A stretch of DNA of 64,000 bases from Octopus vulgaris (Eukaryota). Below are positions 13,540 through 27,879 of this stretch, piece by piece (positions within the stretch are counted from its first letter, which is position 1; each line of letters begins with the position of its first letter). The notes below the pieces were generated by a model. The model searched no databases. It saw nothing but the letters and a program-made list of their open reading frames with translations, and was not told the DNA's origin. Made by a program: the position numbers and the translations under genes. The stretch spans positions 133,486,001 through 133,550,000 of the forward strand of contig OX597819.1 in NCBI GenBank assembly GCA_951406725.2. Reading direction: 5' to 3'.

Positions 13540-14539
13540 ATAAATAAATGAGAAGCTGCTCATAATGCATAATGCACATTACCCTAAAAGTAATATCGAC
13601 AGAGGCTCTATTTGCTAAGAACAGAAGTTAGCAGAGATTTGCAAAATGCCGAAGACAACATCAATATTGCAGTTTTGGGTTTGAATAACAATTTTGTGCA
13701 TCGCGTGGAAAGACTATTATCTGTAGCTAGAAGCATCGAAAAAGTCATTGAAAGAAAGAACAAGATATTTTAGGAAAAGAACGAACAAAATGATAAATAA
13801 CTATAAAAGAAGGGACCATATAGCCAGTTCATGTAATAAACAGAGGATGCTTGAAATGAAAAAAATGTTTGATATGGCTTAGAGAATAACTTGAATCTAA
13901 AAAACGGTAAATCATTAATTATTGCCGTGAAGGAACAAGCCACTATAACGAATTTGATAAAGGCAACGATTTGAAAAAATCAAAGCCAGACAGCAAACAC
14001 AGAATGTGTGGAAAAGGGGTCAAAATCATTAACTACCTTCTACGGGAGCACAATAAGCTAGAACAGAATATAAACGCTGGCATAATTGTGTCGATAAATG
14101 AAGTCATTGGACAAGAACAATTTGACATAAATTTTGTCTTTAGAAATTTGTGAGTTTGACGAAACGAAACTGGTGTGTATACAGACCTGTTGCTTCCATG
14201 GTGTATTGTATTTTAAGGATCTATATGTCAATTTCCCCCATAAACAATGACAATATATTTGAAATAGCAGATGTGATATATTCGTTGAAGAGATCATTGT
14301 AAGATATTGCAATACCATGTAGTAGTCGAGTGGAGATCATATAAACTGAGAAAATGGTAAAATGTCAGGATTTAATCAGAAAGAGATGAATAAGTTGCAG
14401 AATACTAAGTAAAAATTGTACCCGTGGTAATTGGTGCATTTAGCCCAACATCCAACCACTACGTAAGACGCTGAGACATACTGGAAGGTCTCGTTATGAC
14501 AACTTGCAGAAAATTTCCGTCTGTAAGAATTCTAAAAAA

Positions 14540-14540
<1 letters not shown>
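13540..14540 (+). mobile_element. Highly degenerate R4/Dong-type LINE 3' region
   Basis: Remnant motifs PKSNIDR.LY, IIAVKEQA..TNLIKA, SKHRMCG and IVPVVIGA. Confidence 0.55.
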
Positions 14541-14775
<235 letters not shown>

Positions 14776-17700
14776 CATAATAACTAACAAGAAATAGTAT
14801 CAAGATGTGTCAAACAAGAACCATAAGAACAACCAGACCACAATCATCTGGGATCTACGTGTTCAAACTGATTGCAGAGATGTCAAAAAAAGCAACAATT
14901 AAATAGAGGCAGAGAGACGCAGAGAAATAATACGAAACAGTATGGAGTGTAGATGATGATGGAGTCGAATAATTGGGCACCCCACAAATATTTGGGTGTA
15001 AGTGAAGTTGTGTGAACATTATCGAAAGAATATGTGAACTGAATTCTTTGGTAGAATTAAAAATCATTAACAAAGTATCATCACATCAATAAGAGATTTG
15101 TTCAATTCAAATATTTGCGGTATAAGTTCTAGGATGGATCTGTTCATATTCGATGGAAATTACGGTATGTCAAGTAAAACAAAAGCTAGCTCTTGGGACC
15201 AAATCTAGGCTACTATGTCAATTTTTATCAAATTTAGTTATGGAAAATGATGTCACGATTATGGGTTTGCCGAAAGCTGCATATTTGTTCAACTTCCATT
15301 TGTGCATACGGACCATATTTCACGTTCCGATATGGAGTTATCGTATAATGCTGTCCACTCTTTGTATTCCCATCTAATTCTGTTAGTTTGCAAATTCCTG
15401 ATGTGTCACAGCAGAGGAGAGCAAAATCAGGTTTGGGAGTTGATTTCCCTCTATACTTTGCAACAGAGGAAGGCACGACAGCAGAATTTTCAGGCTAAAG
15501 ACATTATCGATTATCTTCTTATTCTGTGTTATTTTATATTTGATTGGATTGAGTGGTGGTAGGGGTGCAGTGTTTATAGTATCATATTCTAGTGATTTGT
15601 TATAGATCTGTATGTTTTGGATAAAAGTATTGCGCTACTGTGCTATTATGAAGATCTGGGGAGGGTAAGCGATATCTCACTGGCCGATATGAGACCAAAA
15701 TAAATTCTGATAATGAATACCTACAGGCTGTAGAAATTTTACCAGTGTTAAAGCTTTACGAAATCTATAACATTCATATATATATATATAATTTTCCATG
15801 CATTTGTTTTCGGTTTGATACAGGGAAAAACCAATCAACCTCTTGATATTATAATTGCAAAACATCGCAAATCACAAATGAGCGCTTAAACATCAAAGTC
15901 AGTAATTGCAGGTCGCATTTAGTATGAAAATGAAAGTAATATGCTATTATTGGTAAAGTTTTCATTATGAACAAAGGGGTACAGTCATAACAACCGACAT
16001 AAATACAAAAGATGAAAAAGCAAAGAAGCAGTAAGGACTCAGCCAATTAGGCTAACATTCACTTCAACCCTGCTTTAATAAAATAGATTGAAAAACTGCT
16101 TAAATAAACAAATATTCCTTCTACTTTACAATAGCTAAGGACGAAAGTGGGTTTAGGTTTAGCTCAAACACTCGTATATGAATACGATAATTATATAACC
16201 TAATAATAAACGCTATTCCACATGAAAGAAACGACTGGTTTAAGCAACCATAATGGAAGAGAAAGGTTATCAATCTGAAATATTTGTCAATCACTGATAA
16301 CATATTTTCTCTTCGCATAAAACACGCCTTTGCAGCAGCGCTACTATTCTAGACTATAAGTAGATATGCTTAATTCTCTGTGTGTGTGTGTGTGCATGAA
16401 TTTATGCATATATGTATGTCTGTGTGTACGTACCTAATCACACATAATTTGCTGCGGAACGAATGTTGGCATATAGACCAAGGTTTCGGTTAATGAAGAT
16501 AATGGGTTTAGAAATATTTCTCTTCATTTTTCGTTTAAAGATACCAAACTCTCGATAAAATAATATCTGGTAGCTATACTGCATTACTATATCCACTAAT
16601 TACATATTCTCACTATTTCCATAACTGTATTTTTTTTTCCAAACATAAAAAATAAACCTTTTTATATATTTATACATTAATGGATATATCTTATCATGAC
16701 AACTATCTGATATAAATCGTATCTGTCTGGTGTATGATAAAAAAGAAATATTTACTTTTTTATCTAACAGATATTTCCTAGCTAATTCACTTAGGAATCG
16801 TGAATGCAGGAAAGGAACTCTGCTAAAACAGCTTCTGAAAAAACACTGAAACATGATTCGAAGCGATATTTTCTGCTTACTTTTAAAACAAATTGACAAA
16901 ATATATTCGATCAAAGCAGTAAAACATATCATTACTCCCAGTCAATTAGATTTAACATTCTTTTCCACGATAAGCCTTATCTAAATGCACATAAATGAAG
17001 GCCGTAGACAGAGGTGGTAATTACATTCAATGTTGTTCGCAGCAGACTCTTTTTAGAAATATTTCCAAATTAATTGAGAGTTTGAACTCGTAAAACATGG
17101 ACATAATATTTTTACTCGTAATTCCTGTATCCTACTCATTACCAAAAAGAAGGAATTACTCTTTTATTTGTGAAATATTATATACGGCTCATCAGAATTT
17201 ATAAAATATGATACAGACGATGAGATAGCATATTTGTAGCATATAATTAATTTTTAAATGGCCCCAGATGGTTTATATTTTATAAAAATAATGAAACAAA
17301 GTGATAAGATCTACTTGAGAATTTAGATGATTTTCATCAAAACTCGCAACGACTTTATAACTTTATGTTCAGCGTTTGTTCACTTCCACTCGCACAGCTG
17401 CCAAAGCAGCGCTTCATACTTCGGTATTAGCATGAAGTCAATATGAAAAATGTTTGATTCAATGGCGATGTGAACTGGGGGAGACATCGATCAAGTAAGG
17501 GCTGCCCTGAAACGTTCAAAGTAAAATGAATTCTTTTCTTTGTTTAATAACATCCATTATTATTCTGTAGTTCACATTTGCCAATCCCGTCTTACAAGTT
17601 CGGCTCTCAGATTTTCTGATAATACAGATCACTAATCTATTGAGGTCGAATATATTCAAACATTTACTTTTCTGTTAGTCAAAGCAAGAAACAGAATATT

Positions 17701-19131
17701 GATATTCGATATCATTGGTGAAGACAAATTGATAGTAAATAGACTACGGCGTAATGAATGCATTACAATTATGTTTCCTGTAAAGTTCGATCGCAGAAAC
17801 GGGTCCGAGTTTCAATTACTTTTCCTCTATTAAGGGAACTGTAACGAATACATCGTTGATGATTTAAGTGATTATATGCATCATCGGTAAATACTTGTCT
17901 TCGTAGAAAGCTAAAACGAATTGAAATTTGATGAGACATACATGGATGCTGAGACAGGTTTCCAAACCGGTTTGGATTTTCGATTGAATGTTGGCAACAA
18001 GATTTTTGAGAACGGCAAAGCTATCTAGAGTAAAAATACGGCTAATCATGATTATAATACATGCATAGATAGACACACACACGCACACGCAGGTACAAGC
18101 ACACACACACACGCGCACACACACGCATATATATGCGTATATATGCACCCAAATTCATCCTCATATACACATAGGTGTATGCTTACATGTATATTAGACA
18201 TTTATACATATAAATATACGCATATGCCAACTCGTACAATGTTGCTCACTTCACTTTTCAGGAATACATTAATATATTTATTTTTACTGTTGTTATTTAG
18301 CAGGTATTGCATGAGTGATACGACATTCGAAGGAAGTCTGCACTGATCTCAGGCCTTTTCCAACTTCATTTCTCTTCAGGCATGTCTGTCTGTCTGTCTG
18401 CCTGTTTGTATGTATGTATGTATGTATGTATGTGTGTGTGTATGTGTGTATGTATGTATGTAAACAAAATTCTGCCACCATGTAAGAATATTCTCAAGAG
18501 AAAGAATATGGGAGTACTCTTATGGAACCAACGTATTTGAATAACAGATGCGAAAGAGAAACGAACAGGCAATACAGAGAAAAAATGTGTGTGTGCGCGC
18601 GTGTACGTTTAGGTGGGTGGATGTTTGGTTGGATATATTAATGATTCTATGTAGGTATGTGTGTATGTGTGTAATTATACACTCTCTATTTAAACAGTCA
18701 ATAACAAAAACGTTAGAATATCAGTGTGAAAACCGTTGCATTGTGTGTTCATTTCTGTTTTGCATCGATTATTTTGTTATTAATCTTTCATATAAATGAG
18801 GTTTCATCGTTAGTTTTGCTACATTTCTTTACAAGAGTTGAGAAAATACATTCGAGAAACGTTACTTTAACGAGTTCTATCTATTTATCACCCGAACAGA
18901 CACATCTGCACCGTCGGATGTTTCTGAACCAGTTCTTAGGTGTCCCTCCCGTGAGCGATCGATGCTAGATGGGTCGAGATAATCGTAGTGATTAATAAGA
19001 ATTCTCGTATCTTCCATCTTCCGTCTCGCATTAACCAACACTGGGAAAGGGATCGTGCTTTACCAGGAAGCTACCAAGTATAAGCCATTCGTATAATTAT
19101 CTAATATATATATATGTGTGTGTATATATAT

Positions 19132-19182
<51 letters not shown>

Positions 19183-19341
19183 AATATAAGGGGGAATTTT
19201 TTCACCACTATGTGGAAACCCTTATGCTAGAAGAAGATCCACTATGGTCTTAACCACTAAGAATTGTTCTCGAGGAAATTTAGCAAACACCAGAAACTTA
19301 AGCGAGCAAGACAAATGAAAAGTAACAAAAATATTAATCAT

Positions 19342-19423
<82 letters not shown>

Positions 19424-21257
19424 ATAATGTATATAATACAGTCCCCACTCACTCCTCCCACACTCATTTATATAGAAAGACAAGAAAAGTGGAAAGAAAG
19501 AACGACATCAGCCTAGAAGTAAGGTGTTTACATGTACCCATTAATTGAATCATGGCTGTTACAGAAGTATCGTATGAGTTACAGATATTTTACATTACTT
19601 TCAAACTGCAATCATCAACCGAAGGAACGTTATATGGGAAATGTTATATTTGCGACACACTTTCTTTTCTACTTAAAAATGGCCGTTTTCTTAAATTTAA
19701 ATTGAGTCAAATACGAAATATATCAGCTTTAATAGGATTGACATTTCATTGCCAATAACATATGCTTCGAAGTCAAAAACACAACAAACTTATCCAACAA
19801 GAGAAAAAAAAATGGTAATTTAGTTAGGTTTGCCGCTATTAATAATTATAAATTTTCTGACCATATTCCTGAACGTTATCTCTTTTTATGATTAGGAAAT
19901 AAAATATCACTTTTGACATCTAAACTTTTAGGTTTTAGTTTTTAAATTGATTTCAATGTGGAATGTGTTTTTCATAATTCGTACCTACTTTTTTTTAAAT
20001 GCGTGTAAAATTTCAGAAACTTTATTTTCCTTTTCATGTAACGTAACTTTGTATAGAATACTAAATTACGGAACTCCCCACACTGAAATACCCGAGCCAT
20101 ATTTTCAAGACCGCTTTGATGAACTCGGATAAATATGTGAATTTTGTTAAACAATTAAATTTTCATATTCCAACAGATTCTTTAATTTAATTATATTCAT
20201 TGATATTTCCTTTCACTAGTGATCTTCTAACAGTCACGATATTTGCTCAAAGGCTCCTTCAAAGCTTATTTTCCCTTTGAAAGTCATCTGTTCGATAATT
20301 TCATCGACTCTGATATTGATATTACACGGTTAAACACGCAATCAATACTCAATATTTAGTTTATTTTTCTATTTGAAGCTTTGATAAATTAGTATTTTTA
20401 AAAATTAAGTGTTCTTACATTTAGAAGGAAAACTCTCTATATCTAAGTATTGGACACTCAACTTGTCGACGCATATAAATACGGAAGAAGACGTAATAAA
20501 GTAGAAAATATGTGTGAAGAATATTTGAGAAACAATTACATACAAAGTAATATGCACAGCAAGATACAAATATATTTATGTTGTAGTGGTGACAATTAAA
20601 GTCATCAGCCATTTTAGCGAACGTTTCTGTTTTCCTTCCGCTCAATTTTCTCAAATTTAAGTTACCAGAAGAAAGTATTTGCCCATTTAAGTCATAAATA
20701 TATTTTTGCTGTTCAACATGTCATTTCGGAAATAGTTTTCATTGTTCATATAACATAAATGTTTTTCTTTATGTTAAGAAAAAAAAAGTAAACTAACTTG
20801 ATTTATAGTTTATGGGGGAAATCTCTACTCTATCAGCTTTTACCATAAAACGAAATGTTCAAGCTTCGCAAATTCGAAAGAAGATAGTGGAAAATTGATA
20901 CTCATTTAAAGTTTGTGTTTAAAATACATCATATTTGCAGCAATTCAACGAAATTGCCTTACGCCTCAGTATTTTAACGTTTGTCTTTGAGAAACCTTCA
21001 TATATTCATAAGATTAACTCTGGTACTAGTTATTGTTATCGCTTCTTGTGTTATTTGTCGATTTCCCGTTTATTATTCGTGTTGAAGCGTTTGGGCCCAT
21101 AAAGTTTGCTTATTTTGGAGCACATTGAAGGTTTCTGCTTGATTAGAAATTTTACTAAAAGCGGCAAGAAAGAAATATCATGCGAGAGCATTGAGAACAT
21201 ATTTACAAATGTTATTTAGCATTTCAAATGTTTCAACACACACACACACACACACAC

Positions 21258-21420
<163 letters not shown>

Positions 21421-23318
21421 TATATACACACATATATCTGTATATAATAGGCATGTACATATAAATATGGCAGAGAAATAAATAATTTGAAATACATATA
21501 CAAATATTTACACCATAAAAACAATATTGTTGCACGTTTTACAAGCTCATAAAGGATGAAGAATGCTACGAAATACTTTCAAATTGTACATCGCCATCTT
21601 GTTTTTTCTATTTGATTATAAGATGCTTTAATATTTACCTTCTCAACTCCTGCATAAATTATATTTCACATCTCTAAAGAAAACAACTTTGGTTCAAGAA
21701 TTATTGGAATAGTTCTTCTCGAATCTATATTCGTTTCGAGGAAACTTCATGGTGGATATTCATTTGTTCACACATTGTTCTTTTTTTTGTAAGGAAATGC
21801 TTCTCTAGAGATGAACATTGTTTCCACTTTGATAATAACTGCTTCAAAATGGTGTTCATCTCTTTTCAAACATAAGTAGCAATTATTTTTAAACACCTTG
21901 GCGGATATTCTTAACTTGTCAGTAGTTCTATATAACAAAATTTGAATGGGAACTTTGTGAACGAAAGGTAATGGCGTTAATAGCTTTGTGCCCCTTCTAT
22001 GTTTAATTATTAACTAACTCGGCAAAATAGCCTTTAAGAATAGACGAAGATATCTTTAGTTGCCATTTCGTTATTTTTTCCGATTATATCGACGTCTCCA
22101 TCGACGTAACATTACAGTATATTGAACTTAATATGTTTTAATCGGAAAGTTATTTGTATTTTATTTACTATGAACTTTGATAATGAGCAAATAATTCCGT
22201 TGGCAATGTGTCAACATATAATCTTTGACTGTTTTATACATTATAATCTTCCCTAGATTTTCTGTGCTAGCATATAGAAATATAAAGAGCCGAGGAATCC
22301 TTATCATACTTGAATGATAATGTTGAATGATCCCCAACTGACACGAACGTATTAAGAATATTTCTAAACCTTAGCATAGAGAATTAACATTTGGATTCAA
22401 TTCCACTCTTGAATTTCGTGTAAGATAAAAAGAATACCTGGTTAACCATTGAACGATGGAAATAGTATAAATATTTATAAATATCAAATTAAGGTAACTG
22501 TGGAATTGCAGTTCATTTTCTTCACATAAAGCAAATGAGAGTAAGAGAAAAATGCATTTATCATCATTAGGATTATGGTTGGGTAACATCGAGTTATTCG
22601 AAAACCATTTGAATACGTTTTGTATTTGAGATGTTTCCCATGGATCTAATCAACTTCAGATGCAGCGGGAGACACACAGACAACTGATAATGACAACAAA
22701 TCATACATTTCAAACATTCTCTTTGACAAACCAACTAAAAAAAGATATAGCATTTAAGGTTATATGATATTTATATTGTGTTTATATAGCATATATATTT
22801 TGTGTCTATATAACATTTATTTTGTGCTTCAGAAAACTGTTGTTGACGTATATTGGTTTTGTTGCATTTTAATATTGGAAAACAGAAGTTCACTGCAAAT
22901 ATTTGCAGTGAAGAAAAGAAACAAAATGATTAACAGTAATAAAATCTTATGAAGTACGAAGATGAGATGTAGAATCATAATGTGATGAACATTTAAGTTT
23001 AGATATTCTCATCGCAAAATTGCGGTTCGAAACGAAGAAACAGAAATGTACATAGTCCAGAAGAAAAGTCGTTTACCAGACTAGAGAGCAGGTATTTTCT
23101 ATGTAATGTTTTACTCAAATGGATTTTCCTGGAGACTTTACTCTATTTTGTATATTTCTTGCTGACTTTCATCGTTACTCTGAGAATCCGCTTCAGTTTA
23201 CCTACCTACTTCTCACGCAAGAAATGTGCTAATTTGTTACATTCAAGTATATGAATGAGCTCAACTACTACACACACAGATACACACACACATGTATGTA
23301 TGTATGTATATATATATA

Positions 23319-23481
23319 GGCGCAGGAGTGGCTGTGTGGTAAGTAGCTTGCTTACCAACCACATGGTTCCGGGTTCACTCCCACTGCGTGGCATCTTGGG
23401 CAAGTGTCTTCTGCTATAGCCCCAGACCGACCAATGCCTTGTGAGGGGATTTGGTAGACGGAAACTGAAACAAGCCTGTCG

Positions 23482-23561
<80 letters not shown>

Positions 23562-23770
23562 TGTGTCTGTGTTTGCCCCCTAGCATTGCTTGACAACCGA
23601 TGCTGGTGTGTTTACGTCCCCGTCAATTAGCGGTTCGGCAAAAGAGACCGATAGAATAAGTACTGGGCTTACAAAGAATAAGTCCCGGGGTCGATTTGCT
23701 CGACTAAAGGCGGTGCTCCAGCATGGGTGCAGTCAAAAATGACTGAAACAAGTAAAAAGAGAAAAAAAGA
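23319..23770 (+). mobile_element. Full-length tRNA-derived SINE family 1 with internal (TA)n(TG)n
   Basis: A box TGGCTGTGTGG, B box GGTTCACTCCC, internal microsatellite, and tail GACTGAAACAAGTAAAAAGAG. Multiple copies occur in the window. Confidence 0.9.
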
Positions 23771-23954
23771 ATATATATATATATATATATATACACTTGC
23801 GTCGGAAATTAATTAGCACTTCTCAAATTTCTACATTTTCTTACATTTTCTTAATTTAATTAACATTTATAAGAAACGAACTCGTTTTTAATCAAAAATT
23901 TATTAAAACATATCCCGGTACACCACATAATTATTATTAATCGTGAAATTTAGT

Positions 23955-24931
23955 CAATATCTTGTTGCTCCTCCTTTGGCAGCAATGACAGCTGCTACGC
24001 GGGTCGGCATGCTGTCTATGAGTGCCTGCAGGTACTGTGCAGGGATGGCCCCCCCATGCAGCAAGAAGTGCCTCAAACAGCTTGTGTCGGTTCCTGTATT
24101 GCTGCACATTCAAATCCCTACCCAATCGACTCCAGAGGTTCTCAATAGGGTTCAGGTCAGGTGACTGGCCAGGCCAGTCCATGACCGTCACCCCATGGTC
24201 CTTGAAGAAACCGGTTGTGAGCTTGGCTGTGTGGGAAGGCGCATTGTCCTGCTGGAGCACGTACTCCTCGCCACCAAAGAGGTATCCCGTACTATCTCAA
24301 CGTACTTTGCTGCGTTGATGTTGCCTTCGAGGGCATAGAGCCGCCCAACACCACTGTAGCTGAACGTCCCTCACACCATCAGACCACCCCCACCATGCTT
24401 CATGGTGGGAGCAATGCAGTCTTTATTGAAGCGCTCACCCCTGCGGCGTCGCACATGGACAGGCTTGTCACTGACGAGACTGAATCGCGACTCGTCAGTG
24501 AACATCACTGTCCGCCACTGCTGCACGGTCCATGTCTTGTGGGCACGGGCCCAGAGCAGCTGCCTCTTCCGGTTTTGGGCGGCCCTACAGGATTTTAGAC
24601 CAGCTTCCAGTAATCTGGTCTTGACGGTGGTTGTAGACAACTGCTTCCCTGTCATCTTTTGCATCTCCTCCGCCAGTTGCCGGATCGTTGCCCTTCCGTT
24701 GTACAGTGACATTCGGATCATGATCCGGTCCTCCCGCTGGGTCGTCAGCCTCTTCCGTCCCCTACCCTTTTTGTCAGCTGCTGATCCGGTTTCCTCGTAT
24801 TTGTTAAATAAGCACTGAATTGTGCGCCTGGCTACACCAAATTTTCTGGCTATTGCAACCTCCGACAGCTTCCCACGCCACGAGAGAGCCTCGTACCGTC
24901 TCTCCAAGGTCATGCGAGGTCTTGGGCCCAT
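23955..24931 (-). pseudogene. Tc1 transposase pseudogene
   Basis: N-terminal HTH, GRGRKR linker, FTDESRF, GGGLMV*G (TGA at 24371-24373), a deletion/frameshift, then QQDNAPSH...WPGQSPDLNPIE with 34 residues between D and E; further frameshift near the C-terminus. Confidence 0.9.
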
Positions 24932-25058
24932 CTAGGAATGAACGATAAAAACCAGTTATTTTCATTAAAACTATTCATTTGAATAATGTTATGCTATAAC
25001 AAAACTGCTATGAGTTATTATTCATTAAACAAAAAAGAAAGAAAGCAGAATTTCTCAC
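24932..25058 (-). other. Putative 127-bp spliceosomal intron in the transposase 5' UTR
   Basis: AG|GTGAGA donor, AT-rich interior, and TTTTATCGTTCATTCCTAG acceptor immediately before the start ATG. Confidence 0.6.
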
Positions 25059-25090
25059 CTTATTTGATGTATAACAGAAAGTTTTGTGAA

Positions 25091-25106
25091 CCGGAAGTGA
25101 CGTCAC
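25091..25106. promoter_or_regulatory. Overlapping ETS-CRE composite motif CCGGAAGTGACGTCAC upstream of the Tc1 transposase
   Basis: Exact ETS core CCGGAAGT overlapping a full CRE TGACGTCA, ~30 bp upstream of the putative intron donor. Confidence 0.55.
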
Positions 25107-25729
25107 CAAGCAGAGTGTAGGAGAATTTGTGAGGAAAAAAAATCTTGCAAATACACAAATCAATTAACCTACGAGCTGTTCAAAACGTCTTACGCGATGA
25201 GAAAACTTAGTATGGTGTGATTTCGGTCCTTGCGAGGCGCTACCTATATCTATTAAACAAAGGAAGATTTGTCTGCATCCGCACTGCAAGTTGTTGTTGC
25301 ACTGCTATGTCAACATCATTAGGCTGTAGACTCTCAAACCGCTCTGCAAACAACGTTACGTCATCGTTCTGCGCAACAGTGAACTCGCAACAAAGCAATA
25401 GTTCGAGATATGGCCACTAGGTGACAGCAAATACCTTGAGTGAAGAGCAAATCAAGGGTGCTAATTAATTTCTGACGGTAGTGTATATATATATATATCA
25501 TCAGTCTGATGTGACGATTCTACAATACAACACCTAAAACCTAACGGTATATCTTTTTCTACATCTCTGAGAGATTTTGCCAAACGTAATGGTTTTAATA
25601 ATTGCTGCTTTAATCTTTTAGGCTTAATTGAAGCAGCTGTAAGTGACTCTACTGGATTTTTGCAGATAATGAAGTTTTATTGAATTCTATATCTCCATTT
25701 ACTTTTCTTTTGAATGATTATAAACTCTA

Positions 25730-26798
25730 ACTCTGGGAGTACAATGTCTGATGATCCCATGTACTTCAGCTGTAGTTTGTTCGTAGGTTGATAGCGGAGT
25801 GCTTGAAATTTTGCACCATTGAACTGGATATCATTCTCATCAGCCCATTTATATATTGCGTTCAGATCATTCTGCAGTCATAGGATGTCCGTAGGATTCT
25901 TGACTGCCTGCGATACCTTTGTATCATCGGTGTAGCTAGTGAGTGTGGCTAATTCTATAGCTGAGTACGTGTCCGAGAGAGCAACCACAAACAGTAGTGG
26001 TCCTAGCACTGTTCCATGGGGGACTTCACTGAGGATTGGTGTCACATCAGAGAGAGCACCATTTGCTGTGACAGCCTGACTTCTGTCCCTCAGGAAAGTA
26101 TGTAGCCACTCTCCCAGTCTGCTAGCGATACCGTGGTCACGCGATTTGTGACATATCATCTCATGATCGACTTTGTCAAAGGCCTTGGCAGAGTCGAGGT
26201 ATATCACATCCATCTTTGAATGGTTGAGCTGTTGTTTTAGCACCCAGTCGAAGTGCTGTAGTAGCTGTGTTAGGCAGCTCCTTCCAACACTGAAACCATG
26301 TTGCGTCTCTACAAGCAAGTCATTTTCCTCTAGGATCGTGGCCAGTCTTTTTCTGACAATGCGTTCCATGATCTTGCTGACATGTGAGGTATGAGAAATA
26401 GGCCTGTAGTTTATAGCATCTGCTCTTACTTCTCCTTTGTGGATAGGGCAGATTATTCCTTCTTTTAACGTTTGAGGAAATGTACTGCTGGGAGTCCATC
26501 TGGGCCTATTGCAGAGTTTAAGTTTAACTCATCAATGGCGGACAATATATCTGTCAATGTAATTGATGGTCACCTTTTTCTCTTGTAGGTTAAAGGTGTT
26601 GAAGAACTAATCAGGTCTGTTTATTTTCATGTTTTCTAGTGAGGAGGTGAACGCACATTAGAATTGTTTATTGAGTGCTTCATATATCCTCTTGTGGTCT
26701 GCAGTCAGTGGAGCCGTTTTCTTCAAACAGTGGTCCTATCCTGTATCGCACTGAGGCAGACTCTTTTGTGAACTTGTAGAAGGCGTTAAGGTTTCTTT
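25730..26798 (-). mobile_element. Degenerate CR1-group LINE RT fragment
   Basis: Motifs NYRPISHTSH, QHGF..GRSCLTQLL, YLDSAKAFDKVDH, VPHGTVLGPLLF and YTDDTKV. The 5' end abuts (TA)n. Confidence 0.85.
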
Positions 26799-26904
26799 AT
26801 ATATATATATATATACATATACATATACATATATATATATACATATACTTATACATACATATACATACATACACACATACACATATACATACAGATATAT
26901 ATCA

Positions 26905-26937
<33 letters not shown>

Positions 26938-27879
26938 CATTTATGTATATACATACATTCACATACATATATACAAGCACACACAGACACCTATACATAT
27001 ACATATAGGGACGAATGTATATATAATGCTTGTTTAAAACCTAATTCAATGCAAACTAAAATAATGGAGCGACACAGAATTACAATAAACCAACAGTTTA
27101 TATTTTAGTTGACATTTGAATATTTTGGGGTTAAAATGCCCTTCTCTGAGCACAACAGCATCCTCTTTTACCTTCTGACAAAGGCCTAGTCCATCTAGGT
27201 TACACTTAACTCTTGTTGGTGTTCATCTGAATTTTCTCTTCATTTGTCTAGTAAGTGAATCTGATTTGTTATGGGCAATTTCTCTCAAAAATCTGTTGTC
27301 TTTTCGTCTACGTCTCCACTTTTGCTTTTTGCATAATTCTAACGAAAACTTTGGACGGTAGTGACTATAAATTCTTCTCTCTCTTTTTATGTAGTAGCAT
27401 GTTCTTCGTTTCATTCCATAAATAATCAGGATAATCCTTTTTGTTATGTTCCTATAAATCAGTGTTACTATCATCCTTATTACTCATGTTCTGCCTTCGT
27501 TTATTATTTCTTTTATTATTTGTTTTTGCTTTTGTTGTGTTTACTTTTCAGTTATTTTACTTTTTCCTCCATGAAAATAAATTGCAATTTCTCGTGTTTC
27601 GCTAATATTTCATTCACTATTTGATAGTTTACTGCCGACTTTATAAATCCCACTAAATTCTGAACGCATCTTAATATATAAAAGTTAATGAACGTTCCAA
27701 GTTGTATACCACTGTTTTGCACATAGCTTGCAAATTCAAGAAAGACCATACACTATGTAACATTTACTATTTTGTTAAGCTACTGGCAGAAAAAAAGCCC
27801 CAGAGAATATTGTATTCCCACTAGAACAATAATATTGGAACAATTTGATGAAGAAAGAATTATATATTTAAAGTAATTA

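Larger units (their letters stand above)
23794..25483 (-). mobile_element. Tc1 (DD34E) DNA transposon, near full length
   Basis: ~26-bp imperfect TIRs within (TA)n on both sides, enclosing a transposase pseudogene. Confidence 0.95.

Noticed and set aside
15100-15500. Moderately GC-rich stretch with short ORFs (similar ones at 18880-19080, 39400-39780, 49030-49345 and 51250-51710)
   Set aside because: Probably old repeat debris; I found no motif I could identify with confidence.
17150-17200. Other CTGATGA occurrences (17188 minus, 29718 plus, 38598 minus, 60195 plus)
   Set aside because: None has a downstream stem II plus GAAA plus NUH arrangement.
19185-19345. TA-flanked ~160-bp segment with a hammerhead-like look (CTAGAAGAAGATCCACTATGGTCTTAACC)
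   Set aside because: It lacks both the CUGANGA and GAAA cores. It may be a decayed repeat, but this is unsupported.
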